DNA of 64,000 nucleotides from an uncultured Chitinophaga sp. GTDB lineage: Bacteria; Bacteroidota; Bacteroidia; Chitinophagales; Chitinophagaceae. This document shows, piece after piece, positions 38,729 through 49,940 of this stretch. Every line of letters starts with the position of its first letter. Within the stretch, counting starts at the first letter, position 1. The position numbers and the translations under genes were made by a program. The notes beneath the pieces are model-generated. The model was not told the origin of the DNA. It was given only the letters and a program-made list of their open reading frames with translations, and searched no databases. The stretch covers positions 3,532 through 67,531 of the forward strand of contig CAZNUR010000003.1 in the NCBI GenBank assembly GCA_964576375.1, written 5' to 3'.

Positions 38729-40066
38729 TTACATATCAACTGGAGCAGCGGCTTGACGACCTTGTATTCTTCCGCTTTTCATTAATCCATCATATTGACG
38801 CATGAGCAACTGCGTTTCTATTTGTTGCAAGGTATCCAAGATAACCCCCACCATAATTAGCAAAGAAGTTCCCCCGAAGAAGGTTGAAAACTGTTGAGTA
38901 ACGCCTAACTTTTCGGCAATACCTGGCAAAATTCCCACCAATGCTAACAACAAGGCACCTGGCAGTGTGATACGATCCATAATTGCACCAATGTAATCTG
39001 CAGTGGGCTGACCGGGCTTTACTCCAGGAATAAAACCATTATTCTGTTTTAAGTTATCAGCGATCTGCTTGGGATTAAAAATTAGCGCAGTGTATAAAAA
39101 TGTAAACCCAATTACTACCACAGAATAGAGCACCATGTGCCAGATATTAGTCTGATCAGTGATGGCACGTAAAAAATCATTAGCCTGTGTGTTATAGTTG
39201 GCAAAAATGGTTGGGATAAATATAATGGCTTGCGCAAAAATGATCGGCATTACACCCGCGCTGTTGACTTTCAGTGGTAAAAACTGACGAGCACCACCAA
39301 ACTGACGATTCCCGACAATTTGCTTTGCGTAGTTAACGGGCACTTTACGAACTCCCTGCACCAAAAGGATACAACCCATGATAATGGCAATCAGAATAGC
39401 AATCTCAATAATGAACAACAAGATTTGGCCATTACGAACAGACTTAGCACTCAACTCTTGCAAGAATGATTGAGGAAGACGTGCCAAGATACCAATCATG
39501 ATAATCAAGGAAGTACCATTTCCTAGTCCTTTATCGGTAATCTTTTCTCCCATCCACATTACAAATAATGTACCAGCCGTCAAAACCACAATGGTAGAAA
39601 GCCAGAAGTAAGGAGCAAAAGCCGGGATGATTCCACCACTTTGAGAAGTAAGTCCCTGCAGATAAGTAACGTAAGCAGAAGCTTGCAATAATGTTACTAC
39701 CACTGTTAAATAACGAGTGTACTGGTTGATCTTTTTACGACCACTCTCCCCCTCTTTCTGCATTTTCTGAAACTGTGGTACTAATACAGTAAGCAACTGT
39801 ACAAAAATGGAAGCAGAGATATAAGGCATGATACCCAATGCAAAGATGGAGGCCTGGTTAAAGGCACCACCCGAGAAAGCATCGATTAGCCCTAATATAC
39901 CTGTACTGTTTTCAGCTGACGCTGCTAATTTAATAGGATCTATACCCGGCAATGCGATGTATGCACCAATCCGGTAAATCGTAATCATCAAGAGCGTAAA
40001 AAGAATCTTATCACGAAGCTCTTCGATACTCCAAATGTTGCGAAGCGTTTGAAAAAATTTCTTCAC
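38729..40066 (-). CDS. secY: Preprotein translocase SecY (likely GTG start at 40066)
   Basis: SIFALGIMPYISASI, GRKKINQYTRY, GVMPIIFA, FGGTSLLI. Confidence 0.98.
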   Translation of the reverse strand: MKKFFQTLRNIWSIEELRDKILFTLLMITIYRIGAYIALPGIDPIKLAASAENSTGILGLIDAFSGGAFNQASIFALGIMPYISASIFVQLLTVLVPQFQKMQKEGESGRKKINQYTRYLTVVVTLLQASAYVTYLQGLTSQSGGIIPAFAPYFWLSTIVVLTAGTLFVMWMGEKITDKGLGNGTSLIIMIGILARLPQSFLQELSAKSVRNGQILLFIIEIAILIAIIMGCILLVQGVRKVPVNYAKQIVGNRQFGGARQFLPLKVNSAGVMPIIFAQAIIFIPTIFANYNTQANDFLRAITDQTNIWHMVLYSVVVIGFTFLYTALIFNPKQIADNLKQNNGFIPGVKPGQPTADYIGAIMDRITLPGALLLALVGILPGIAEKLGVTQQFSTFFGGTSLLIMVGVILDTLQQIETQLLMRQYDGLMKSGRIQGRQAAAPVDM

Positions 40067-40094
40067 GGTTTGATTGAGGTTTTGGTCATCTAAT

Positions 40095-40544
40095 TTAAGC
40101 AACGATCTCGACAGTACCGCCTGCGGCCTCAATGGCAGCCTTTGCTTTGGCACTGATTGCATTTACACGGAAGCTATACTTCCCTTTTACCTCACCATTT
40201 CCGAGCACTTTCACACGATCAGTCTGGCTAATTAAGCCATTGATGTATAAATTCTCGAGTGAGAACTCGGTAATATTGTATTTGCTGGACAATTGCTCCA
40301 GCTGTCCTAGGTTTAAAACTTTGTAAGAAACGCGATGTGGATTCTTAAAGCCACGTTTAGGAACGCGACGTTGAATGGGCATTTGACCACCTTCGTGAGC
40401 CATTTTGCTCTTAAAACCAGTACGGCTTTGAGCACCTTTTGTACCCTTTGTGGAGGTTCCACCATGTCCAGAACCATCTCCACGTCCAATTCTCTTTGTT
40501 TTGTGTGTTGCCCCTTTTGCAGGCTTTAGTTGATGCAGTTTCAT
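40095..40544 (-). CDS. rplO: 50S ribosomal protein L15
   Basis: RIGRG, EGGQMP, KVLGNG; spc operon position. Confidence 0.98.
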   Translation of the reverse strand: MKLHQLKPAKGATHKTKRIGRGDGSGHGGTSTKGTKGAQSRTGFKSKMAHEGGQMPIQRRVPKRGFKNPHRVSYKVLNLGQLEQLSSKYNITEFSLENLYINGLISQTDRVKVLGNGEVKGKYSFRVNAISAKAKAAIEAAGGTVEIVA

Positions 40545-40626
40545 AGCTTTTATTGTTTACTCATCGCCCCGAAAGCAATTTTGAACGGGGCTCGCATTAA
40601 AAATTGAGCGAAAACGCTCGTTTTGA

Positions 40627-40809
40627 TTATTTAGTTTCCTCGATCTTCAAGAGGTGGTTAACTTTACGAACCATGCCCAGCACTTGTGGTGTAGCTTCTA
40701 CCTCACGAGTTGAGTTGGTTTTATTCAAACCAAGGGCCTGCAACGTTAACTTTTGACGCTCAGGTCTGTCAATCGGACTTTTTACAAGCGTTATTTTGAT
40801 TTTTTTCAT
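40627..40809 (-). CDS. rpmD: 50S ribosomal protein L30
   Basis: KITLVKSPI, LQALGL; position. Confidence 0.97.
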   Translation of the reverse strand: MKKIKITLVKSPIDRPERQKLTLQALGLNKTNSTREVEATPQVLGMVRKVNHLLKIEETK

Positions 40810-40819
40810 GGTCAGTCTT

Positions 40820-41338
40820 TTAACCGTTAAATACTTTTTTCAATCCCACTGTACGTGTTTTTGCCACTTGAACTGGTTCACGCAATAATGCAAGAGCTTT
40901 AAAAGTTGCTTTTACCACATTATGAGGATTAGCAGATCCTAAAGATTTTGCCAATACGTCTGTTACACCTGCACTTTCCAACACCGCACGCATGGAACCT
41001 CCGGCAATTACTCCAGTACCATGTGCAGCAGGCTTAATTAATACTTTAGCAGCGCCCTCTTTAGCCCATTGATCATGAGGTACTGTGCCCTTCATAATTG
41101 GAACTTTAATAAGGTTCTTTTTGGCATCTTCGATTCCCTTGGTAATGGCTTCCTGTACTTCTTTTGCTTTACCAAGACCATGTCCGACAACACCACTTCC
41201 ATTTCCTACTACCACCAGGGCAGAAAAACTGAAGGCACGACCACCTTTGGTAGTTTTCACCACACGGTTGATGGCCACGACTTTATCTTTCAACTCAAGG
41301 TCGCCGGCTTTTACTCTGTTCAAATTGAGCTTTGACAT
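40820..41338 (-). CDS. rpsE: 30S ribosomal protein S5
   Basis: [19 protein letters not shown]. Confidence 0.98.
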   Translation of the reverse strand: MSKLNLNRVKAGDLELKDKVVAINRVVKTTKGGRAFSFSALVVVGNGSGVVGHGLGKAKEVQEAITKGIEDAKKNLIKVPIMKGTVPHDQWAKEGAAKVLIKPAAHGTGVIAGGSMRAVLESAGVTDVLAKSLGSANPHNVVKATFKALALLREPVQVAKTRTVGLKKVFNG

Positions 41339-41366
41339 GTATAGTTTTTTTGTTGCGTTTAATTAA

Positions 41367-41726
41367 TTAGAACTGTAATCCTCCTTCACGTGCTCCATCA
41401 GCAACTGACTTAACACGGCCATGATAGAGGTAGCCACCACGATCGAAAGTAACTTCAGTAATACCTAGCGCAACAGCCTTACGGGCAATTGCAGCACCGA
41501 CCAACTTACTCTTTTCGGTTTTGGTTACTTTCTGCGCAGCAATATCCTTATCGCGTGAGGAAGCTGCCGCCAAAGTCTGTCCATTATTGTCGTCAATCAA
41601 CTGTGCGTAGATATCTGCATTACTTCTGTAGATAGACAAACGAGGCCTTGTTGCAATTCCACTGATCTTCCGACGAATACGGTAGCGGATATTTTGCCTT
41701 CTTTTGGTTTTAAATTGAGGAGTCAT
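41367..41726 (-). CDS. rplR: 50S ribosomal protein L18
   Basis: [22 protein letters not shown]. Confidence 0.98.
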   Translation of the reverse strand: MTPQFKTKRRQNIRYRIRRKISGIATRPRLSIYRSNADIYAQLIDDNNGQTLAAASSRDKDIAAQKVTKTEKSKLVGAAIARKAVALGITEVTFDRGGYLYHGRVKSVADGAREGGLQF

Positions 41727-41754
41727 CTCTTATACTGTTTTAAAAAACATTTAA

Positions 41755-42309
41755 TTATTTACCAGCCGCTTTACCAGCTTTCTTACGTACCACTTCACCC
41801 ACGTAACGAACTCCCTTACCCTTGTAAGGCTCTGGCTTACGAAGGCTGCGTAGTTTAGCAGCAACCTGACCAATCAACTGCTTGTCAATACCCTCCAATG
41901 TGATAATAGGATTTTGTCCTTTCTCCTGAGCGGTAGCAACTTTCAGCTCCTTAGGTACTTCAAAAATGATATTGTGAGAATAACCGAGGGATAAATCCAA
42001 TACGTTTCCAGCATTGGTAGCTTTGAAACCTACCCCGATCAATTCCAACTTACGCTCATAGCCATCCGTTACACCTTTGATTAAATTCGCAAGCAAAGCA
42101 CGGTACAAACCATGCAAAGCACGATGACGAATTTGATTAGTAGGACGACCTAGTACAATTTGATTATCCTTCACCTCAACTACAATGTCGCGATCAAGCG
42201 CTTGCTTCAATTCGCCTTTGGAACCTTTCACGGTTACTACATTGTCCTTCCCAACTGTAACGGTTACACCACTGGGAACTGAAATCGGTTTTCTTCCTAT
42301 ACGTGACAT
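41755..42309 (-). CDS. rplF: 50S ribosomal protein L6
   Basis: MSRIG, PEPYKGKG. Confidence 0.98.
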   Translation of the reverse strand: MSRIGRKPISVPSGVTVTVGKDNVVTVKGSKGELKQALDRDIVVEVKDNQIVLGRPTNQIRHRALHGLYRALLANLIKGVTDGYERKLELIGVGFKATNAGNVLDLSLGYSHNIIFEVPKELKVATAQEKGQNPIITLEGIDKQLIGQVAAKLRSLRKPEPYKGKGVRYVGEVVRKKAGKAAGK

Positions 42310-42377
42310 ATTTTTTGTTTTTATTGTTCTGGCCGGTCAGCCTAGTATAGTTTCGGCTTAATGTACCAGGTTAATTT

Positions 42378-42776
42378 TTAATAGATATAACACAATACCT
42401 CGCCACCAACGTTCTGCGCTTTGGCATCCTTGTCTGTCATTACTCCTTTAGAAGTAGAAAGAATTGCAACACCCAGACCGCTTTTTACACGTCGGAATTC
42501 AGCAGGCTTTGCATACTGACGAAGACCGGGACGGCTAATACGCTCCATGCTCTGTATGGCAGGTTGCTTGGTTGCCGGATCGTACTTCAAGGCAATTTTG
42601 ATTACACCTTGCTTGTTATCATCTTCAAATTTGTATTTCAGGATGTACCCCTGGTTGTAGAGGATCTCCGTCATACGCTTCTTAAGATTAGAAGCAGGAA
42701 TGTCGACTACACGGTGACCCGCCATCTGTGCATTGCGGATACGGGTCAAGAAGTCTGCTATAGGATCTGTTACCAT
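42378..42776 (-). CDS. rpsH: 30S ribosomal protein S8
   Basis: DPIADFLTRIRNA, STSKG. Confidence 0.98.
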   Translation of the reverse strand: MVTDPIADFLTRIRNAQMAGHRVVDIPASNLKKRMTEILYNQGYILKYKFEDDNKQGVIKIALKYDPATKQPAIQSMERISRPGLRQYAKPAEFRRVKSGLGVAILSTSKGVMTDKDAKAQNVGGEVLCYIY

Positions 42777-42794
42777 AATTCGTTTTTTTAAAGA

Positions 42795-43064
42795 TTACCA
42801 GCTTGCTTTTTTAAGTCCGGGAATTTTACCATTGAGGGCCATATCACGCAGGGCAACCCTGGAAATTCCAAAGTAGCGAACGTACCCCTTAGGACGACCA
42901 GTCAACTGACAGCGATTCTTAAGACGAACTTTAGAACCATTGCGGGGTAATTCATCCAATGCTTTCCAGTCACCGGCTTGTTTCAACGCCTCGCGCTTGG
43001 CAGCATAATGATCCACCATTCTTTCACGCTTACGTTGTCTGGCTTTTACGGAAGTTTTTGCCAT
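42795..43064 (-). CDS. rpsN: 30S ribosomal protein S14 (89-aa, zinc-independent form)
   Basis: [17 protein letters not shown]; a single Cys. Confidence 0.97.
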   Translation of the reverse strand: MAKTSVKARQRKRERMVDHYAAKREALKQAGDWKALDELPRNGSKVRLKNRCQLTGRPKGYVRYFGISRVALRDMALNGKIPGLKKASW

Positions 43065-43082
43065 GAGTCTTTATTAAGGTTA

Positions 43083-43652
43083 TTAGTTATTTTTTGCGTT
43101 TTTGAAAGGCATTCCCATTTCCTTCAGTAACTCAAATGCTTCTTCATCACTATTAGCCGTAGTTACAAAAGTGATATCCATACCAGTGATTTTACTCACT
43201 TTGTCGATATCGATCTCAGGGAAAATGATTTGCTCGGTAACACCAAGCGTGTAGTTACCACGTCCGTCAAATGACTTGTCATTCACCCCTTTGAAGTCAC
43301 GAACACGAGGTAATGCAACAGAGATCAAACGATCCATGAACTCGTACATTTTCTCACCACGTAGGGTAACTTTTGCACCAATGGGCATACCCTTACGAAG
43401 CTTGAAGTTTGAGATGTCTTTTTTAGACATGGTAGGCACCGCCTTCTGACCGGTGATAGTGGTCAATTCTTCTACAGCAATATCTACAGTCTTTTTATCG
43501 GACACAGCACCGTTGATACCACGGTTCACACAAATTTTCTCCAGACGAGGAGCTTGCATCACCGTTTCGTAGTTAAACTTTTTGACCAGGTTCGGTACTA
43601 CCTCGCTCTTGTACTTGGTAGCTAATCTTGGCTTGTACGCTTTTGTACTCAT
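43083..43652 (-). CDS. rplE: 50S ribosomal protein L5
   Basis: [20 protein letters not shown]. Confidence 0.98.
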   Translation of the reverse strand: MSTKAYKPRLATKYKSEVVPNLVKKFNYETVMQAPRLEKICVNRGINGAVSDKKTVDIAVEELTTITGQKAVPTMSKKDISNFKLRKGMPIGAKVTLRGEKMYEFMDRLISVALPRVRDFKGVNDKSFDGRGNYTLGVTEQIIFPEIDIDKVSKITGMDITFVTTANSDEEAFELLKEMGMPFKNAKNN

Positions 43653-43984
43653 AACGTTTCTCCTGATTTTTTGGAAATTCTTACTGTTTTACCATTGGCA
43701 CGCTCACGCTTAACACGTGCAGGGGCCTTGGCCTTGGCATCCCACAACATCACATTACTGATGTGAATAGGTGCTTCCTTTTTTACAATACCACCCTTTG
43801 TATTTTGGGCTGTTGGCTTTGTATGCTTAGTGATAATATTCACTCCTTCCACAATAACCTTACCCTCTTCCACCAACACTTCACGTACAGTACGTGGCTT
43901 GGCAAGGTCTTTATCATCCCCTGCAATTACCACTACGGTATCACCTTTGCGGATGTTGTACTTGGCTTTGAATCTTGCTTTCAT
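43649..43984 (-). CDS. rplX: 50S ribosomal protein L24
   Basis: [19 protein letters not shown]. Confidence 0.98.
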   Translation of the reverse strand: MKARFKAKYNIRKGDTVVVIAGDDKDLAKPRTVREVLVEEGKVIVEGVNIITKHTKPTAQNTKGGIVKKEAPIHISNVMLWDAKAKAPARVKRERANGKTVRISKKSGETL

Positions 43985-44012
43985 AGTTTGCTTCTTATGA
44001 TTTACTCCCAGA

Positions 44013-44381
44013 TTAAAGAACCTCAGGAGCTAGTGAGATAATTTTCATGTAACCCTTGTCACGAAGTTCACGGGCAACGGGTCCAAAAATGCGGGTACCG
44101 CGTGGTTCGTCTGACTGGTTAAGAATTACAACGGCATTGTCATCAAAGCGGATATAAGAACCGTCTTTACGACGCAACTTATTAGTAGTACGCACTATTA
44201 CTGCCTTGGCAACAGTACCTTTTTTAATACCACCGGCCGGAAGAGCATCCTTTACCGTTACTACGATCTTGTCACCGATCCGAGCATAGCGTTGACCACT
44301 ATTACCGAGTACACGAATACAGAGTACCTCTTTGGCACCACTGTTATCGGCCACATTCAATCGGCTTTCTTGCTGTATCAT
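44013..44381 (-). CDS. rplN: 50S ribosomal protein L14
   Basis: [15 protein letters not shown]. Confidence 0.98.
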   Translation of the reverse strand: MIQQESRLNVADNSGAKEVLCIRVLGNSGQRYARIGDKIVVTVKDALPAGGIKKGTVAKAVIVRTTNKLRRKDGSYIRFDDNAVVILNQSDEPRGTRIFGPVARELRDKGYMKIISLAPEVL

Positions 44382-44416
44382 ACAAAAGTTATTTTACAAT
44401 TAATCCTAATCAGATT

Positions 44417-44674
44417 TTACTTCACTTTTTCTACCACTTCCACCAATCTCCAGCGCTTTGTCTTGCTGAGCGGACGAGTTTCCATGATCTTTACGATGTC
44501 TCCAATGCTGCATTCGTTCTTATCGTCATGCGCATGGAACTTAGTAGTTTTCTTTACGAACTTTCCGTAGATCGGGTGTTTTACTTTACGCTCCACAGCT
44601 ACTGTGATGGTCTTTTCCATCTTGTTGCTGGTCACCACACCGGTCCTGGTCTTTCTTAAATTTCTTGCTTCCAT
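44417..44674 (-). CDS. rpsQ: 30S ribosomal protein S17
   Basis: [17 protein letters not shown]. Confidence 0.98.
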   Translation of the reverse strand: MEARNLRKTRTGVVTSNKMEKTITVAVERKVKHPIYGKFVKKTTKFHAHDDKNECSIGDIVKIMETRPLSKTKRWRLVEVVEKVK

Positions 44675-44687
44675 GTTAGGTTATTTA

Positions 44688-44897
44688 TCAGGCTTGCTGT
44701 TGCTTTGATTCGAGAGCAGTTTTAAGTCGGGCGATATCGCGGCGAAGACTACGGATTGACATAGGATTCTCCAATGGAGAAATAGCATGTGCAAATTCCA
44801 TTTTTTTCAGTCGCTGCTGATCATCGGCCAAACGTGCACGCAGGTCTTGCTCGTTCATTCCCTGCAGGGTTTTTAAAAATTCAGTTTTCTTGGACAT
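44688..44897 (-). CDS. rpmC: 50S ribosomal protein L29
   Basis: LENP...RRDIARLKT; position. Confidence 0.96.
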   Translation of the reverse strand: MSKKTEFLKTLQGMNEQDLRARLADDQQRLKKMEFAHAISPLENPMSIRSLRRDIARLKTALESKQQQA

Positions 44898-44916
44898 CGT
44901 GCTATTGTTTTAAGTG

Positions 44917-45339
44917 TTAGGCAGTGACAAGGTCACGGCGCACAATGAATTTAGTTTTGATAGGAAGTTTTCCAGCTGCAAGTGCGAGGGAGGCGCGTGC
45001 CACAGACTCACTTACACCATCCACTTCAAAAAGAATACGACCAGGTTTGACAACGGCAGCCCAGAACTCCAGGTTACCTTTACCCTTACCCATCCTTACC
45101 TCGGCAGGCTTGCGTGTTATTGGCTTATCAGGGAAAATTCTAATCCACACATTTCCTTCCCTTTTCATCTCACGGGTTAGCGCTTGACGAGCCGCTTCGA
45201 TCTGACGATCTGTAATCCAATGCTGGTCCAACGCCTTTAATGCATAAGAACCAAATGAAATGGTCGTACCTCTTTTGGCATCGCCCTTCATTCTTCCTTT
45301 TTGCATTTTCCGGTGCTTGGTTCTTTTTGGTTGTAACAT
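44917..45339 (-). CDS. rplP: 50S ribosomal protein L16
   Basis: MLQPKR, RMGKGKG. Confidence 0.98.
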   Translation of the reverse strand: MLQPKRTKHRKMQKGRMKGDAKRGTTISFGSYALKALDQHWITDRQIEAARQALTREMKREGNVWIRIFPDKPITRKPAEVRMGKGKGNLEFWAAVVKPGRILFEVDGVSESVARASLALAAGKLPIKTKFIVRRDLVTA

Positions 45340-45376
45340 GACTAACTATTTCAAGTTTCGTAAATAATTAATTGAC

Positions 45377-46159
45377 TTAACTGCGACGCTCACGTCCGCC
45401 ACCACGACGATCTCCACCACCACGACGGTCATCACGGCGTTCACCGCCACGACCTTCTTCACGTCCGCCACCACGACGATCGCTTAGTTCACTCTTTCCA
45501 CCAACAAAATTTGGATTGAGGTCGCGCTTTGCTAATACTTCACCTTTACAGATCCAAACCTTGATACCAATTTTACCATAAACGGTTTGTGCAAAAACGT
45601 TAGCATAATCGATATCCATACGGAAAGTATGCAGTGGAACACGTCCTTGCTTGAATTCTTCGCTACGCGCAATCTCCGCTCCCGCTAAACGACCACTCAA
45701 TTTGATCTTGATTCCTTCAGCGCCCATACGAAGAGCAGAGGCGATTGCCATTTTGGTAGCACGCTTAAAATTGATACGGTTTTCAATCTGGCGAGCAATG
45801 GTGTCACCCACGATCATGGCATCCAATTCAGGACGACGGATTTCCAGAATGTTAATCTGAACATCTTCCTTGTTGGTAAGCTTTTTCAATTCTTCTTTGA
45901 TACGATCCACTTCACCACCGCCTTTACCAATGATGATACCAGGCTTAGAAGTGTGGATTGTAACAATCAGCTTTCCCAGTGTTCGCTCGATTACAATTTT
46001 GGAGATTCCTCCCTTGTTGATACGAGCGTTTAGATAGGTTCTGATTTTATGATCTTCAATCAGTTTGCCGGCAAAATCTTTTCTATTGCCATACCAGTTG
46101 GACTCCCATCCGCGGATGATGCCTAATCGGTTACCTATCGGATTTGCTTTCTGACCCAT
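45377..46159 (-). CDS. rpsC: 30S ribosomal protein S3
   Basis: [20 protein letters not shown]; Arg/Gly-rich tail. Confidence 0.98.
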   Translation of the reverse strand: MGQKANPIGNRLGIIRGWESNWYGNRKDFAGKLIEDHKIRTYLNARINKGGISKIVIERTLGKLIVTIHTSKPGIIIGKGGGEVDRIKEELKKLTNKEDVQINILEIRRPELDAMIVGDTIARQIENRINFKRATKMAIASALRMGAEGIKIKLSGRLAGAEIARSEEFKQGRVPLHTFRMDIDYANVFAQTVYGKIGIKVWICKGEVLAKRDLNPNFVGGKSELSDRRGGGREEGRGGERRDDRRGGGDRRGGGRERRS

Positions 46160-46185
46160 GTTTGGTGTAGGTTATTCGTTTAATA

Positions 46186-46530
46186 TTATTTTTTCTCTTT
46201 TGTATCTACTATTACCGTAACGTGGTTGCTACGCTTACGCACTCTATATCCACGACCCTGAGGGGCTGGACGCATACGCTTGATTGTTCGAGCACCATCC
46301 ACGAAAATGGTTTTGATGATGAGTTGACTCTCGTCACCACCTTCGTTCTTCTGTTTCCAGTTGCTGATAGCACTTAACACCAGCTTTCGCAGAGGAACTG
46401 CAGGATGCTTGGGGTTGAACTCAAGTTGTGACAATACCTTCTCCACCTGCTGACCACGAATCATGTCTGCAAGCAAACGCATCTTGCGAGGGGATGTAGG
46501 ATAATTTCTCAGTTTAGCTACTGCTTCCAT
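46186..46530 (-). CDS. rplV: 50S ribosomal protein L22
   Basis: [20 protein letters not shown]. Confidence 0.98.
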   Translation of the reverse strand: MEAVAKLRNYPTSPRKMRLLADMIRGQQVEKVLSQLEFNPKHPAVPLRKLVLSAISNWKQKNEGGDESQLIIKTIFVDGARTIKRMRPAPQGRGYRVRKRSNHVTVIVDTKEKK

Positions 46531-46548
46531 GGTTGACTATTTCTTGGA

Positions 46549-46818
46549 TTAACCTTCTTTTTTAGAGTGTCCTTTGAACTGGCGGGTTGGTGCAAACTCA
46601 CCAAGCTTATGCCCTACCATAAATTCTGTTACATACACAGGAATGAACTTGTTTCCATTGTGTACAGCAAACGTGTGTCCTACAAAATCAGGAGAGATGG
46701 TAGAACGACGACTCCAAGTTTTGATTACTCCTTTCTTGGATTTTCCTTCGTTCATAGTCATCACCTTTTTTTCAAGGTGTGTGGCGATGTAAGGACCTTT
46801 TTTAATCGAACGAGCCAT
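46549..46818 (-). CDS. rpsS: 30S ribosomal protein S19
   Basis: [18 protein letters not shown]. Confidence 0.98.
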   Translation of the reverse strand: MARSIKKGPYIATHLEKKVMTMNEGKSKKGVIKTWSRRSTISPDFVGHTFAVHNGNKFIPVYVTEFMVGHKLGEFAPTRQFKGHSKKEG

Positions 46819-46841
46819 ATTTTAATTATTGTATAATTAGA

Positions 46842-47681
46842 TTATTTGTTACTGATTTTGCTACCATTCTTACGTTGGATAATCAACTTATCGCTAGACT
46901 TACCCACCGTACGTGTTTTCAGACCGCGAGAGTATTGACCATTTCTAGAACGAGGCTGACCTCCGGAGGCCTTACCCTCACCACCACCCATGGGGTGATC
47001 TACAGGGTTCATGGCTACGCCTCGGTTGCGTGGACGGATTCCTTTCCAACGGTTACGTCCAGCCTTACCCATACTTTGTAAGCTATGGTCACTGTTACTT
47101 ACTACACCTACAGTAGCATAGCAATCAATAAGGACCTTACGCAATTCACCACTTGGCATTTTCAAAACAGCATATCGATCTTCCTTATTGGCCAATTGTG
47201 CAGAGGACCCGGCACTACGTGCTAGCTTACCACCCTGTCCAGGCTGCATTTCAATATTGTGAATATTAGTACCCAATGGCATGTTACGCATCGGAAGGGC
47301 ATTACCAACCTCAGGTGCTACATTTAAACCACTTTCAACTTTTGCACCAACCTCCAAACCTTGAGGGGCAAGGATATATCGCTTTTCACCATCGGCATAA
47401 ACCAACAAGGCAATAAATGCAGTACGGTTGGGATCATACTGGATAGACTCTACAGTAGCAACACCAGCCTTGTTACGCTTAAAATCAATGATACGATACT
47501 TCTTCTTGTGACCACCTCCACGATAGCGCATGGTTAAGTGACCAGAAGTATTACGTCCGCCAGTGCGAGGCTTAGCCTCTAGCAAACTTTTCTCAGGAAC
47601 ATTAGTAGTTACTTCGGCATAAGCGTTGCCAATTCTCCAACGCGTTCCGGCAGTAATGGGTTTAAATTTTCTTAATGACAT
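46842..47681 (-). CDS. rplB: 50S ribosomal protein L2
   Basis: [22 protein letters not shown]. Confidence 0.98.
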   Translation of the reverse strand: MSLRKFKPITAGTRWRIGNAYAEVTTNVPEKSLLEAKPRTGGRNTSGHLTMRYRGGGHKKKYRIIDFKRNKAGVATVESIQYDPNRTAFIALLVYADGEKRYILAPQGLEVGAKVESGLNVAPEVGNALPMRNMPLGTNIHNIEMQPGQGGKLARSAGSSAQLANKEDRYAVLKMPSGELRKVLIDCYATVGVVSNSDHSLQSMGKAGRNRWKGIRPRNRGVAMNPVDHPMGGGEGKASGGQPRSRNGQYSRGLKTRTVGKSSDKLIIQRKNGSKISNK

Positions 47682-47735
47682 ATCTTTTTCTTTTTACTCA
47701 ACATTTGCGGCTGTTGAAGCCATTCGCTTTAGTAA

Positions 47736-48035
47736 TTAAATGGTGGAATACAAATCAATTGTTTCACCTTCAGCAACTGTAACCATCGCCTTCTTATAAG
47801 CAGGCTTGCGTCCGGAAATAAAACCACTTTTTGTAAAGCGGGTTTTATTTTTCCCTGGAACAACAGAGGTATTTACATCAGTTACCGTTACACCATAAAA
47901 GCTTTCTACGGCTTTTTTAATTTCCAATTTGTTGGCCTTACGAGCCACTTTGAAAGCATAGCGACGAAGCTTCTCCTGTTGGGCATTAGCCTTTTCAGTC
48001 AGGATGGGCTTGATCAGTACTTCAGAAAGTTTCAT
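47736..48035 (-). CDS. rplW: 50S ribosomal protein L23
   Basis: PILTEK, ANKLEIK, YKKA. Confidence 0.97.
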   Translation of the reverse strand: MKLSEVLIKPILTEKANAQQEKLRRYAFKVARKANKLEIKKAVESFYGVTVTDVNTSVVPGKNKTRFTKSGFISGRKPAYKKAMVTVAEGETIDLYSTI

Positions 48036-48057
48036 TACGCTTGTTTTATGCTGTTAA

Positions 48058-48693
48058 TTAAGCTTCACTTTTTTCTTCGTCAGCGAAAATCTTGGCGGCG
48101 CTCTCCGTCAACACCAACACCTCTGAGTTCATGATATCATAGGTGTTGATATCGCTCAACAATACTCCCATTACCGAGGGTACATTACGGATAGACATCT
48201 CAACATTGTCATTGTAATCGGGCGTGACAAATAATGTTTTTTTATCAGCCACTTTCAAGTTGCCCAGAATCTCCATAAGTTGCTTGGTCTTTGGCTTCTC
48301 CATGCTGATATCCTCAACAACAAGAATAGCGTTATCCTTAGCCTTGTAGCTTAGCGCAGAGATTTTAGCAAGATCTTTTACCTTACGATTTACTTTGATG
48401 TCATAGCTGTGGGGCTTGGGACCAAAAATAGTACCACCCCCTTTGTATAAAGGGTTACGAATATTACCCTTACGGCTTCCACCCGTGCCTTTTTGCTTGT
48501 GCAATTTGCGGCTAGCTCCTTTCACTTCAGCACGTGTTTTAACCTTATGTGTACCTTGACGCTGTGCAGCCAAGTATTGCTTAACTGCCAGGTAGATCAC
48601 GTGATTATTAGGTTCAGCACCAAAGATCTCCTCCGGTAATTCCACGGAGCGACCTGTTGCAGTACCTTTTGTATTTAAGACGTCGAGTTTCAT
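48058..48693 (-). CDS. rplD: 50S ribosomal protein L4
   Basis: RQGTH, QKGTG, GGGTIFGP. Confidence 0.98.
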   Translation of the reverse strand: MKLDVLNTKGTATGRSVELPEEIFGAEPNNHVIYLAVKQYLAAQRQGTHKVKTRAEVKGASRKLHKQKGTGGSRKGNIRNPLYKGGGTIFGPKPHSYDIKVNRKVKDLAKISALSYKAKDNAILVVEDISMEKPKTKQLMEILGNLKVADKKTLFVTPDYNDNVEMSIRNVPSVMGVLLSDINTYDIMNSEVLVLTESAAKIFADEEKSEA

Positions 48694-48726
48694 GTTGCGT
48701 TCAGTTTATAATTGTGTTGTACGCGA

Positions 48727-49344
48727 TTATTTTTGAATAAGAACGATGGAACCATTGTGACCAGGTACAGAACCACTCACAAGGATGTAATTTTTCTCAG
48801 CGAAAACTTTCACCACTTTAAGACCTTTCATTTTCACACGATCATTACCCATACGTCCTGCCATACGCATACCCTTCATAACACGGCTTGCGTCAGAAGA
48901 GTTACCCAATGATCCGGGAGCACGCTGACGATCATGCTGACCATGCGACTGCTGACCCACACCACTGAAACCATGACGCTTTACAACCCCCTGAAAACCT
49001 TTACCCTTGGTTGTGCCAACAACTTCAACAGTTTCTCCTTCAGAGAAAATATCAACAGTTACTGTCTCACCCAGGTTCTTTTCAATAGAGAAATTGCGGA
49101 ACTCTTTAGAGAAACGCTTAGGTGTGGTTTGTGATTTGGAAAAATGATTGACTTCGGCTTTAGTAGCACGCTTTTCTTTTTTGTCTCCAAAAGATAACTG
49201 GAGAGCACTGTACCCGTCAGTCTCTTTGGACTTAACTTGGGTAACAACACAAGGACCCGCCTCAATGATCGTACAGGCGGTCTGCTTACCGGAGGGATCG
49301 AATACACTGGTCATTCCCAGTTTTTTCCCAATAATACCTTTCAT
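48727..49344 (-). CDS. rplC: 50S ribosomal protein L3 (likely start 49344, MKGII)
   Basis: [25 protein letters not shown]. Confidence 0.98.
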   Translation of the reverse strand: MKGIIGKKLGMTSVFDPSGKQTACTIIEAGPCVVTQVKSKETDGYSALQLSFGDKKEKRATKAEVNHFSKSQTTPKRFSKEFRNFSIEKNLGETVTVDIFSEGETVEVVGTTKGKGFQGVVKRHGFSGVGQQSHGQHDRQRAPGSLGNSSDASRVMKGMRMAGRMGNDRVKMKGLKVVKVFAEKNYILVSGSVPGHNGSIVLIQK

Positions 49345-49604
49345 GTTCTTTCGGTTTTGTGCCTGCAAGGTTATTGGGACAGTCCAAACACGATCGTTTA
49401 GACTTCAATCCCCGTTTGCCACCGACCTTTTCCTTTATGGGGAAGTACCGGCAGTAAACAAACCCTGAATGGCTTGTTTTATGTTTAAAAGCCAGCGCTC
49501 TTTTATCGGAGTGTGAACTCCGGTTGAGAGATAGCAATTGTTTCTAAAAATCAATTATAAGAACTGTTGGGAGTTGCGAATTCCCTTACGCTTGACTAGA
49601 GCAA
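49345..49604 (-). other. Candidate structured cis-regulatory RNA in the rpsJ-rplC spacer
   Basis: 260 nt containing at least five hand-identified hairpins, with G.U wobbles favouring the mRNA strand. Confidence 0.5.
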
Positions 49605-49910
49605 TTAAGCTTTAATCTCTACTTCCACACCACTGGGCAAATCCAGCTTGCTCAGTGCATCAACTGTGCGACTTGTGGATGTATAAATATCCAGAAGACG
49701 CTTGTGCGTTGCTAATTGAAACTGCTCACGGCTTTTTTTGTTAACGTGAGGAGAACGCAATACTGTAAAAATTTTCGTGCGAGTTGGCAGAGGAATAGGC
49801 CCTGTTACAACTGCGCCAGTACTGCGGACAGTTTTAACGATTTTATCTGCAGATTTATCTACCAGATTATGATCGTAAGATTGCAATTTGATTCGTATGC
49901 GCTGCGACAT
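49605..49910 (-). CDS. rpsJ: 30S ribosomal protein S10 (likely start 49910, MSQRI)
   Basis: [25 protein letters not shown]. Confidence 0.98.
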   Translation of the reverse strand: MSQRIRIKLQSYDHNLVDKSADKIVKTVRSTGAVVTGPIPLPTRTKIFTVLRSPHVNKKSREQFQLATHKRLLDIYTSTSRTVDALSKLDLPSGVEVEIKA

Positions 49911-49940
49911 GTGTACGTACCCCTTTTTCTTTAGGGGATG

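Noticed and set aside
45377-45490. Low-complexity repeats at the end of rpsC
   Set aside because: Arg/Gly-rich S3 tails are common in Bacteroidota
49286-49537. 83-aa minus-strand ORF with a CxxC in the rpsJ-rplC spacer
   Set aside because: TTG start, out-of-frame overlap with rplC and no recognisable family; RNA structure explains the region better, though a leader peptide is not strictly excluded
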